Source of the DNA: Okamejei kenojei
Taxonomy: Eukaryota
Direction of reading: 5' to 3'
Length of the DNA: 64,000 nucleotides
Assembly: GCA_035221665.1 (NCBI GenBank)
Contig: CM069152.1
Coordinates: 13,516,001-13,580,000, forward strand
Below the pieces are notes generated by a model. That model had not been told where the DNA came from. It did no database searches and saw nothing but the letters and a program-made list of their open reading frames with translations. Below, piece by piece: positions 28,501 to 40,500 of this stretch. The position numbers and the translations under genes are program-made. How positions within the stretch are numbered: position 1 is the stretch's first letter; every line of letters starts with the position of its first letter.

Positions 28501-31500
28501 TGGAATTCATACATAGATAAAACACTGGAACATGGATAGCAGGGCATTGTTTGTGGCATTGTGCATGGCCTGGAAGTTAGGCTGTTTCAGGAAAGATTGT
28601 ATTCCTGCTGCAATATGAACCCTGGCATCTCTGCAGTGTGCCAAGCCAGCTGATGCTGATTCTACCAGGAAGGAATCGTGTTACTTGGGCATCAGCAGAG
28701 GTTTTGATTGATTTTGGAAGGAACATCATGGCTTTCTTGACAGTATGAAAGATGTACCTTCTGTTTTCAACTTGCTGTCAACCCCTAATTACCAATCACC
28801 TTGCTCACCAATGCACAATCTGGATTATGATAGGAATATCCGGCATTATATCTCTTCAAAATAAACTTAATTCCAAACATAAAGTGAGAATGACTGATCT
28901 TCACATCAAGGCAGCATTTTAACCAGGTTTAGACATCATGAGTGTCAGTAACTTTGAAATCAGTGTGATAATGTTTCTCTCCGGGCTGAAATCATAAATT
29001 GCACAAAATGAGTTCTTGTCAGAGACTAATTATTCAATCTCAGCACATCACTGCGGGAGGATCTTTGTTTCTTTTTACAATTCCTCAGATAATGAAGCAG
29101 TCACGGTGGCGCAACGGCCTTACAGCAAAAATGCAGCGCCGGAGACCCGGGTTCGATCCCGACTACGGGCGCTGTCTGTACGGAGTTTGTACATTCTCCC
29201 CATGACCTGAGTGGGCTTTCTCCGAGATCTTCGGTTTCCTCCCACATTCCAAAGATGTACATGTTTTGTAGGTTAATTGGCTTGATGAATGTAAAAATTG
29301 TCCAGTATAAAATTGTCCAACTTCCAGTATAGTCCCTGGTGGACTCTTTGGAAGGTCCAAGGTACAAGGTATGAAGCAATCTGTGTATGCAATTATGAAG
29401 CAAGACAGTTACAGTTACAGTTTAGTTTATTGTCACGTGTACCGAGGTTCAGTGAAAAGCTTTTGTTGCTTGCAGTCCAGTCAGATGAAAGACAATACAT
29501 GATTACAATCGAGCCATTTACAGTGTATTGATACATGATAAGGGAATAATGTTTATTGCAAGGTAAAGCCAGCAAAGTCTGATCAAGAATAGTCCAAGGG
29601 TCACCATTGAGGTAGATAATAGTTTAGGACTGCTCTCTGGTTGTGGTGGGGTGATTCAGTTACCTGATAACAGCTGGGAAGAAACTGGGAAGGAACTGTC
29701 CCTAAATCTGGAAGTGTGTGACAGGTACAACATTCAGGCATGATAACTGGTAAGTAACGTTTACACCATGCAAATGCTAGCAACAAAGCGCCTCTTCTTG
29801 ATTCTCACTGCCATTTCCATTCAGTTCCCCATCATCAACATTCCAGGGGTCACTATTATACAAAGATTTATCAGAACCAGCTCATAAGTTTGGATATTGG
29901 GAGAACAGGTCCTGAATTAACTCCCAAAAGCCTTTCATGTACAAGCCTTGTCAGAATACTCATGAATTGCCTCAAAAAGTGCAACTGCAATAATACTTAA
30001 TGATCCAGACACCATCCAGGACAAACCCAGGAAATATATTGCTCTTCCTTCAGTATTTCTGAGGCTAAATGTTAAAACTCCCTATCCAGCAACACTCCAG
30101 TTGCACAACCACAAGCAAGAGGGCAGCCCTTCTCAAAGGCAGTTATACATAATCAATGAATAATTGTATTTTTCGTGATGTTGAAGTCATAATAAACATA
30201 ATAAACCTATTTTGGCCAGAGTGAACCTACTAATCCTTATCCCTACTCACAGCTCCCTCTGCATTTTACCTGCTTCACTCTCCATGACACTACCCCCCTT
30301 TATCCCAAGCACCCACCTCCTCAGTAACAAACCAGATTTGAACACGTCATGGTGCTAGTAGGGTAATGAGGAAAGCCGTGCCAGTGTGAAAACCTAATCA
30401 GAGCAAGAGATGAAGAAAGGGAATTGAAGCAAATAAAATCCTTTATTTTTGTTTGTACTTAATCAAAACAGAAACCACAACCTGTACCGTTAAAAAAGAG
30501 CTCTAAAGAAACCGTCGCCATGGTGAAGCCAGTTGGTGGCTCAGCAATGAAAGCCAGCACCCGCCCAATGCCAGCAGTCTCTTCCAGGCATCCTATATTC
30601 TCAGGAGGTTAGTAGTGGATCATAACCCTGTTTACTGGGTAATATACGGCTTTGATAAAATAAACATTGTTCTTAATTTCCCATAATTTATAGTGACACA
30701 TTTCTGGATTTATTATCAAAGTCGTGTAATCCGGTCCAAAACCTTACATTTCTGGCTAGAACCTGTGGACTACGAGGTAACATATAATCAAATGCTAATC
30801 CAATCAGTTGCCAATCAGAGTTGTGTCAAGCTTATTTCTTGGAAGATATGAAGTAATATAGTGATTCTACCTGCAGCAAAGCATTTTTCAGATTTAATAA
30901 ACCAAATCAATTTGTTGTACTAGATTCCCTATAAATAAAAGCCATCCAAACAAACTGTATGTGTTATATTCTGATATATGTATGTTATATTCTAAATGTC
31001 ATGTTCAATTATTACATGTACAAGTTGTGGCATTGGAGATGATGCCAGGTCTGCGATGACTACACCAATACTCGCAGTGACATGGTTTATTTATAGTAGA
31101 TGGCAATAGTGACGAGAAGGTCTGGGCCCACATGGGGGCGCTGTCACTTGCCATTAGTGTGCCTGTGAGGTGGCTTGGCGATCTTGGGCTTGTCCTGGAA
31201 GCTCAATCTTGATCTTGAAGAGGAGACAGTGGCAGACTCAGGCCTGTCACGGTGGCTCACTGCATACCTCAGAGGACGTACCGGCAGCCTCAGGCGTATC
31301 CTGGCAGCTCATTCTTTGCACTCCATATGTGGGCGCAGTCCCTCATTAACTTTAGGCAGCGGAGGAGGCAAAGGCAGTCACTGGCTTGCCTCGGCCTCTC
31401 AGTCTTGGCCTTAAAGGAGATGCTGGCTGTCTCAGGCTTGCCCGGCAGCTTAATCCTGGTCTCAAAGAGGAGACGCTGGAGGTCTCAGGTTTTCCCCGGT

Positions 31501-34500
31501 GGCTCAGTCTTCCTCCAAACCTGCAAGCAGGGAACACAGCTAGTAGGGAGCCCTCCCGCCCTCGTCCCCTTCCCTTGGTTTTTAAGGAGGAGGCTGAGGA
31601 GGTTCAGATGTGCCAATGCAATAACAACTGATTGGACACAGATCTGGCCTCAGCTCAATGTGAAGCTCTGTTCTTCCGGCAACCAGGCATTGTTTGTGGT
31701 GTTGATCGCTGGCTTCTCTTGGCCTGTCTGCCAGTGATGGGAATCAGAACAGCACACGAGCGGGGGTGTTTTCCCAATATTATTATTGTGCATATTTACC
31801 TTAGAGTATTCCTTGAGTTAAATCACACAAATTAATTTCATGAGGATTAAGAAGTGATCTGTCTTCAGTGTTTAAGATTTTTGTAGAAATGAATAGAATT
31901 CATTTTTCCTTGTTGAGGAAATGCTGTTAAGAACGATGCATGTCTTTAAAATTCGACTTAGGCTTTTCAGGGTGGATGACCGGGAGCCCATTTTAACGCT
32001 TAACCCTTCCTAAAGAGGCGACAGTCTGCAATTAATTAGAGACTTTATGACTGAGTTTTATAGATATTGCTGGATAATGATTTTAAAGGTAAAGGAAACA
32101 TGGCGACTAAATCTTTTTCAGCCAATATCTCACAAAATAGCAGAAGGAGCTTGAGAGTTGATGTGGGCTTTTTAGAATTATCCAATTCACAACAAGCACC
32201 TATCCTCAAGTTCAGGTCATGACCAGTCCCTCCAAAAATACACTGTTACTGGACGCCTTTGACAAAATTCTAGCTGATCAAAAACAAATGAAAAGTAAGA
32301 AGCTTAAAGAAAAGAATAGAGAGAGGGAAGCAAAGAGGAAAGTGAAAACACTGAATAGGGAAATGTAAAATAGAACATACAGAAAAATAGAAACATATTC
32401 CTCTCCTATCCGAAAATGTCCCTTCCATCAACTGAATTAATTCTCAGGGAATTATTGATAAAATCAGTCTATTGTCAAAAGCAAATTAAGCTGAGTTTCT
32501 CCAGCTTTTTTTTATCTACCTTCGATTTTTCCAGCATCTGCAGTTCGTTCTTAAATATAAATAATTATTTTGTGACTCTCTTTCACGCTCTGAATTTTTG
32601 CAAAATGTCTTGTCATATGTTCATGAATTGCTGTCACTTGTGACAGAATCCATGGAACTCGATGGGGTGCTGACTTGGTGGTGGCCCGTGGGGAATGAAG
32701 AGGGACCTACCCAGGGGGAAGGGGGTTGGGGCGGCGAGAACATGGGGGGGCCCAGCGGGCGGCTGCCTGCGGCCTTGTGCGGCGGCAGGCCTGGGTTTGC
32801 CGCTGAGAGAAGATAAGACTGTTCGATTAACGTTTTGTAACTGTCAGAGCCAGAAATGCAGTGCCTCTTTGTATACTGCCGAGGTGAGGTCTGCTGTATG
32901 ATTTTACCGGATTGTTTGCAAAAATAAATAATTTCACTGTACCAAGATACATGTGACAATAAAGTATCATCATTATCATATAATAACCAATTCCAAAATA
33001 AGCAGAATAATTTCACCAGAAAAATGCAGTGAGTAGATATGCATGAGTTATGTGCGTGAAATCAGTCTTGTCTCTTCCAGCCATCTGCTTGTCATTATCA
33101 ATTGAGAGAGGAATCAGCAATTTGAGTCTGGATAATAGACTGATTTTATCAATAATTTCATGCAAATTAATTCAATTGATGGAAGGGACATTTTAGGATA
33201 ACAGTGGAACTATCTCCACTCTGGTTGGTAAGGCATTACCACTATAAATCTGAGTTTTCCAAGTTTAATCACAGAATACAAGGGACATCCCAACAATACA
33301 GGAAAACATAAAATATTCAGTTTAAATGTTAAAAAAATTAAGAATTTGACATTAGAATTACCCACAATATCAGTAAACAAGGACCGAATTTTTTACCAGA
33401 ATCAGAACTCAAAAGTTATTTGTACATAATTAAGGGGGAAAGAATGTTTCTGGGCAGCTTTTATAATTTGCCAAAGTGCATTTCTTAGAGCGGGTGTTCA
33501 GTAACCTTTGAGCAGGGACTGGTGGTGATAATGCTGGCAGATGCAAACTACAATTGCAGTTTTTCATGAAAATAGGAAACTGTTCTGGTTTAAAACCTGA
33601 TAAAGGCTGTAACTGCAGCAATAATTACATGATCACCATCTTAGATGGTGGTGATAAAAGGGCTTTTGGAAGTTTCTTTTTTGTCAAAAAGTGGAAGTTA
33701 TTGGGCTGTGGTAAACGCAAGCATTGATTTGTTAAAATGGTCTTTGCTGGTTGAAATGAGCCTGTTTGAAGTGATATCAACTGCATAAAAAGTCGAATTC
33801 TGTCAAGTTTGTCTCTTTATTTCAATACACCACTAATGTCAAAACTGAGAGTTGAAATGCTCTTACACTTCTCTGAGCCGGCTCAGGATCTACGGTGACT
33901 TTCTTCCATTCCAGTGTTGTGGGGGCTGAGATCACTGACCAAGCCAGTATGGGAATCACAGGCTATTCCACAGACAGGGTAGGGGTGCCTCATGGATTGG
34001 GTATAGAGGTGGTGGTTATAACTACGTAGTGAATACTCATGAACCTTGGGAAGGAGTTGGCATGAGAGCAGATCACAGGCAAAACTTCCACCATATCTGT
34101 CAGTTTTTGTGATTTATAATAAAGCACCACAAGGCATCCCACAGAAGGGTTATCAAACCAAATTTGACATCTAAGTACATTAGTATATTTTAGGATAGCA
34201 GATCAGCTGGATGTTATAGACTGTCAGACTATTTAAAGAGAGAATGTCTCACGCTTGTACAATATTACTGTGAACTAATGTTGGCCACCATGCTTCTCTA
34301 CCTACACTTGAGAAAGTCATTAAATATGTGCGAGAAGCGACGCACCTAAGCGACGTGAAGACGAAAAAAAATATTTATTAATGCCATTTTGTACTTTGCA
34401 GCCTCAATATCCAGAGAGCTGACAGGAAACGATGAGAGAATCCAGACTCAACTACACAGGCAGCCTTGTGAAGCCTGCTACACCTACAGCAACGTGTCCT

Positions 34501-37500
34501 GGAATATCTGTGCCCGTAAAGAGGTACGAGCACTCATGAAATGTGATGAGAACTAGAAGTAAGTAAGTAAGTTTAAGTAAGTAAGTACATTTATTGGCCA
34601 AGTATGCACATACAAGGAATTTGCCTTGGTGCTCCGCCCACAAGTAACAACATGACATACAGTGACAGTTACGAATGACTCAGAAAACACTAAACATTAA
34701 TAATAATTAATAATAAGGGCTTCCTGGCCCTTGCAATGTACAGTTCATCAATGGATGGAAGGTTGCAGCCTATAACCTGCTCTGCTGATCGGACGATTCG
34801 CTGCAGCCTCCAGGAGTCGTGCTTGGTGGCTGAGCCAAACCAGACCATGAAGGAGAAGGTGAGAACAGACTCTACGTGTAGAATTGGACCATTATTGGAG
34901 TTACTTTAAAGGTCATCCCAGCGGTATTTTTTGTGACCTCAAACTGCCCTAGCATGTTAGTATTCCCATATGGGGTAGACACATATAAAACGGGCAGTTT
35001 GAGATCAAGAAGGAGGAGGTATCGGGACTCTTGCAGAGCATTAAGATGGATAAATCCCAGGGGCCTGATGGAATCTATCCCACGTTATTGAGAGAAGCAG
35101 GAGTGGAGATTGCAAAGGCCTTGACAAAGAGCCTTAGATCTTCTCTAGCGATAGGCAATAAGTGGAGAGTAGCCAATGTTGTTTCTTTGTTTCAGAAAGG
35201 AAGCAGAAATAATCCAGGAAATTATAAACCAGTGAGCCTTATTTCCATGGTTGGCAAGCTATTGGAGAGGATTCTTTGGGTTAGGATTTACTCGCATTTG
35301 GAAGGGAATGGGCTAACAGCATGGTTTATTCCACAGCAGGTCACATCTGACGAACTTCATTGAGTTTTTTGAGAAGGTGACAAAGGTAATTGATGAGGGT
35401 AGGGCAATGGCTCTTGTCTAAGGTGATTTTAGAAAGGCATTTGATAAAGTCTCTCATGGTAAAGCGATCCAGAAAATTAAGATGCATGGGATCCCAGAGT
35501 ACTCCAGGAGGTGGTCCCAGAAATTGTGGTTGCATTGGTGATCATTTTCCAAAGTTTTCTCGACTCTGAATCAGTTCCTGTGGACTGGAGTGTAGCCAAT
35601 GAAACCCAACTTTTTAAGAAAGGAGGGAGAGAGAAAACGGGGAATTATTGACCAGTTAGCCTTACATCGGTAGTGGGGAAGATGCTTGAGTCGATTGTTA
35701 AAGATGTTATAGCAGCGCATTTGGAAAGCAGTGACAGGATCGGTCAAAGTCAGCATGGATTTATTAACTGGAAATCATGCTTGACCAATGTTCTGGTATT
35801 TTTTGAAGATGTAACAAGTAGAATGGATAAGAAGAGCTAGTGGATCTGACTTTCAAAAAGCCTTTGACAAGGTCCCACACAAGAGATTAGTGTGCAAAAT
35901 TCGAGCACCTAGTATTGGGGGTAGGGTATTGACATGAATAGAGAACTTGTTGGCAGACAGAAAGCAGAGAGTAGGAATTAATGGGTGCTTTTCAGAGAGG
36001 TAGGCAGTGACTAGTGGGGTGCTGCAAGGTTTGGTGCAGGGACCCCAGTTATTTACAATACGTATATATTAATGATTTAGATGAGGGAATTAAATGTGAC
36101 ATCTCCAAGTTTGCGGATGACACAAAGCTGGGTGGCAGTGTGAGCTGCGAGGAGGATGCTATGAGGCTGCAGGGTGACTTGGACAGGTTGGGTGTGTAGG
36201 CAGATGCAGTATAATGTGGATAAATGTGAGGTTATCCACTTTGGTGGATAATCTCACATTTGAACATCTGAATGGTGTCAGATTAAGAAAATGGGAGGTG
36301 CACCGAGACCTGGGTGTGCTTGTACATCAGTCACTGAAAGTTAGCATGCAGGTACAGTTTGCAGTGAAGAAAGCTAATGGCATATTGGCCTTCATTGCAA
36401 GAGGATTTGAGTTTAGGAGCAAGGAGGTCCTACTGCAGTTGTAAAGGTCTTGGTGAGACCACACCTGGAGTATTGTGTGCAATTTTGTTCAAATTTGAGG
36501 AAGGACATTATTGCTATTGAAGGAGTGCAGCGTAGGTTCATCAGGTTAATTCCCGGGATGGCGAGACAGACATGTGATGAAAGAATGTGCAACTAGGCTT
36601 GTATTCCCTAGAATTTAGGAACATATACAATTCTTAAAGGATTGGACAGGCTAGATGCAGGGAAAATGTCCGATGTTGGGGGAGTCCAGAACCAGGCTCA
36701 CGGTTTAAGAATAAGGGGTAGACCATTTAGGACTGAGATGAGGGAAAACCTTTTCACCCAGAGAGTTGTGAATCTATGGAATTCTTTGCCACAGAAGGCA
36801 ATGCGGACCAATTCACTGGATGTTTTCAAGAGAGAGTTAGATTTAGCTCTTAGGGCTAAAGGGATATGGGGAAAAAGCAGGAATGGGGTACTGATTTTAG
36901 ATGATCAGCCATGATCATATTGAATGGCGGTGCTGGCTCGAAGGGCTGAATGGCCTACCCCTGCACCTATTTTTTCTATGTGTCTATGATCAACAGTGAC
37001 ATAACAAGCCCCAATACGTCTGTAGATACATAGGTAAGGGTTTTATATTCCTGTGATATCAGAACCAACTCATAACCACTTTTTTTTCATGTTCCAGGTG
37101 TTTTATCCAAATGATAATTTTCACAGTCCGGTAGTACTGGATCTAATTTTCAGACAGGTGAGAAAATTCAATCATACACAATCTTTAAAAAGATTCTGTA
37201 TCTATTTTTCAGTATGATTGTCTCTGGTATCTTTGTTCCTGAACCTGTCCAACAGAAGGTGATGCTTTTCATTGGGTAGTGGTGCAGATTTCTTTTGGTG
37301 GTATTTAAACTTTTCTGGCTCCCAAAGCCTGCACCTCTCCAGTTTCCTCTCTCCTTCTGATGATTTCATAAGCTATGCAGCCATGTCCTAGATAGACAAG
37401 GTTAGGAGTGAAGACTGCAAGTTATCCGACCAAGAACAATGACCCCAAACAATGCTGGCTTGAAATTTGTATTCAGTCATGTCAATGGTTCAATGGTTGC

Positions 37501-40500
37501 TTTATTGTCATGTGTACCAGGTACAGTGAAAAACATTTTTTGCATGCAGCTCAGCAAAACTATCATCGTACAATCCCCCGGTTAGTATAGAATATACAGA
37601 ACAGCCCACCGAGTACGCAAGAGCCACCATCTTGGCGTCATTTTATTTTATTCTCCCACAAAAAATTATATTTCTATTTATCTCATTTTATGTTTAAATG
37701 CTCAACAGAGCACATATTCCATTATATATTTGGCATATATAGTATCACATGTAGGAACTACAGCTTTTACATTAAATTAACGTGATGTACAATTTACGAT
37801 TTTTAATTTTGTTTAGTAAGCCTCACATTTTATGCAAGAAGTATTTGAGGCCTTTGTTATTAAATAGAATTCTCAAATGCCATTCTTCATTTCTAGCTCT
37901 CTTAATCATTGAAATGCATTATCTGTGTTTGGTATAAACCAGCATCTGCAGTTCCTTTCTACACGTACTATCTGTGTTATCCCAGTAAGGTATAATATCT
38001 GAATAGATATGGCCCTTACTTGATTATTCTGATTTTGTGATGCATATCAGAAATTCAGTATGGGTTAAACTCTGCTGTTTTGAAGTTTTATCCGATTAAC
38101 ACTTTAAAGCCCTGTCCCACGGTACGAGTTCATTCCAGGAGCTCTCCCGAATTTGTCCTGATTCGAACTCGGAGATTTACGGTAATGGCCACTCGTAGGT
38201 ACTCGGGGCTCTCATGGACATTTTTCAACATGTTGAAACATCTTCACGAGTCTTCCCGTGCTTACCTGCTGTTAGCGAGTCTTCCCGAGTACCTGCCGTT
38301 AGCGTTACGAGCCGCTAAGAGACGTCCCCGAGCTCCGACGTACCCGCTATGTTCATTCTCCGTGCTTACCACGAGTTTGATTTTTTTTTAACTCGGGAGA
38401 GGTCTTGAAATGAACTCGTACCATGGGACAGAGCTATTAGCTGCTACCTGCCTACGTAACAATAGAGGATTTGTTTTCTTGAAGTTCCTTTGTAATGATG
38501 ATCACAGAAGATGCTCAAATGTGAACTACGTTTGAACTGTTCTGCTGGGTGGAAGAAACATATTGAGCCACAGCAAAAACTAATTTTGGTGCAATTGAAT
38601 CAATTTACCATTTTGAAGATAATGTGCTAAAATGAGAAATAATTACTTTATCATGAAGGAACTGATTAAATTAAGCGCCTCATTAGAAATTTGATAATCA
38701 AATGAACATATGTGATGGAAATTTTGGGTTTGAACTAAATAAGATTGAGAGACTTTGCCTGCAGAATATTAATGGCCACCTTTTTGTTTATCTTTAATTT
38801 TAATCTGAAATCTTATTAAAAAATTGTAAATCCTAATACATACACATGATTGGATGCTCAACCATATTTTTCTCAGCAAAGGTTGGAAAATAAGGGAAAA
38901 TTTGGGATGTGTGTCTTTGATTTAGAAAGCTACCTTTCACTGTAATATTTTACGATGAAAGTTATTTTATTCTCCTCCTACCTCTGCATCAATTCAAAGT
39001 CAGCTTCCCTGGGTTCAAAGATGGTTGCAGGATCTTGTTGTTACAACATAGATGTTATTATTCAACTGACCAACAGGTGGTGCAAGTGGGTTTAAAGTCT
39101 GCATGCATTTATTCCAATGTGTGGAGAAATCAATGTGAATGTTGCGAGAACAATTGCAGCCATTGCAAATACAGGTTGGATATTAGGCTGGGAAGAAATT
39201 GAGGGCTGTGAATTTTATATGTAGGATAGCATTTTTTTTGTACATGTCTTACTGTTCCTGACTGTTCGACGTTACATAACTCGCATGTCAAGCATAAAAG
39301 TAAAACGCTTCTGTTTAGTATACCCGTCAATACTCCTGAAAAATGTCTGACAGTGTGATGCTTTGCCTTAAGATAATAGTAACCACACCAACCTTAAAGC
39401 AATATTAATGTTTATACATCGGCCTCCTTCCTCTATAAAATAAAGAGAACCCTGAATGACTAAAGAACATATATTCATACTAAAACATAAACACATGTAT
39501 CCATGTAAATATGTCATCATTTTTTTCAGGTTATTGTTCTTCAGTAGCCTGTAGTGTGGAAAATTGCAGTTCTTGGCTGTGATTGCTTCCTTTTATACTA
39601 TCCACTGTAAAACATCTTTTTTTTCAATGCAATACTCAATGAAGCAATTGCAATGAGAGAGCAACACAGCCCTGGGTTATAGACTAGAGGCTGCAATCAT
39701 CAGAATAGCTGATCTTGGGTTAAACATGGTCAGAAGCAACTTACAGTACATTAACAGAATGAAAGATCAGTCAAGGAAGAATTTGCACAACCAATTAACC
39801 CCCAAAATAATGGTTAAGGCCTCCTACTCAATCTGCAGATAGCAGTCGAGATTTAACAAGAACCACAGCTCGCACAGCGATAGCATGCTGTGGATTTATT
39901 TGTGAGGCAGTGTTGAAGACCTCGGGGGAAACACATGTTTAATTCTTCAGACTGGAAAATTGATAGTTATCAATGAATAAAATGATGGTATCCACCACTG
40001 GGTATTGAGGACTTCCTCAATTTCTGAACATTGTATTCACGAGTTTTCTTTATAATGCTATGGTGTCTTTGGGATGTGTGTCTTTGATTTACAAATCTAC
40101 CTTTCACTGTAACAAATAGGACACTTTTCTTTGCCCATAGGAAAACACTGTATCAAAATACCCAGCTAGCATTTTGCCCAACCTTTCCAACTTACAAAAT
40201 TTTGCATAATAACATATTGTCCAGGGACACTTTCCTTTCATAAATTAAGAAATGGCTTTAGATTGGATACTCGAAGTCCAATATGACTGGGCACAGATCT
40301 GCAGTTTACATCCAACACAGTTGGACAAGTTATTTAATGACTCGCTTTGTCATGTCATGTCATTGTGGACACATTCAGTATTTGTATCTACCACAATGCC
40401 AGATCAATCTGTTGTTTGCCGAGTCCTGTACCCTGTACCCTGTCCCCTTATGGCACAGGTGGAGGAAGAAGGGCCTCAACCCAAAAACTCACCTACTCCT

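Noticed and set aside
31252-31737. 161-aa ORF as a nested gene
   Set aside because: GC-rich degenerate repeat with no recognisable domain or splice support
35031-36914. Functional reverse transcriptase gene
   Set aside because: Fragmented by stops and frameshifts; a dead CR1 copy
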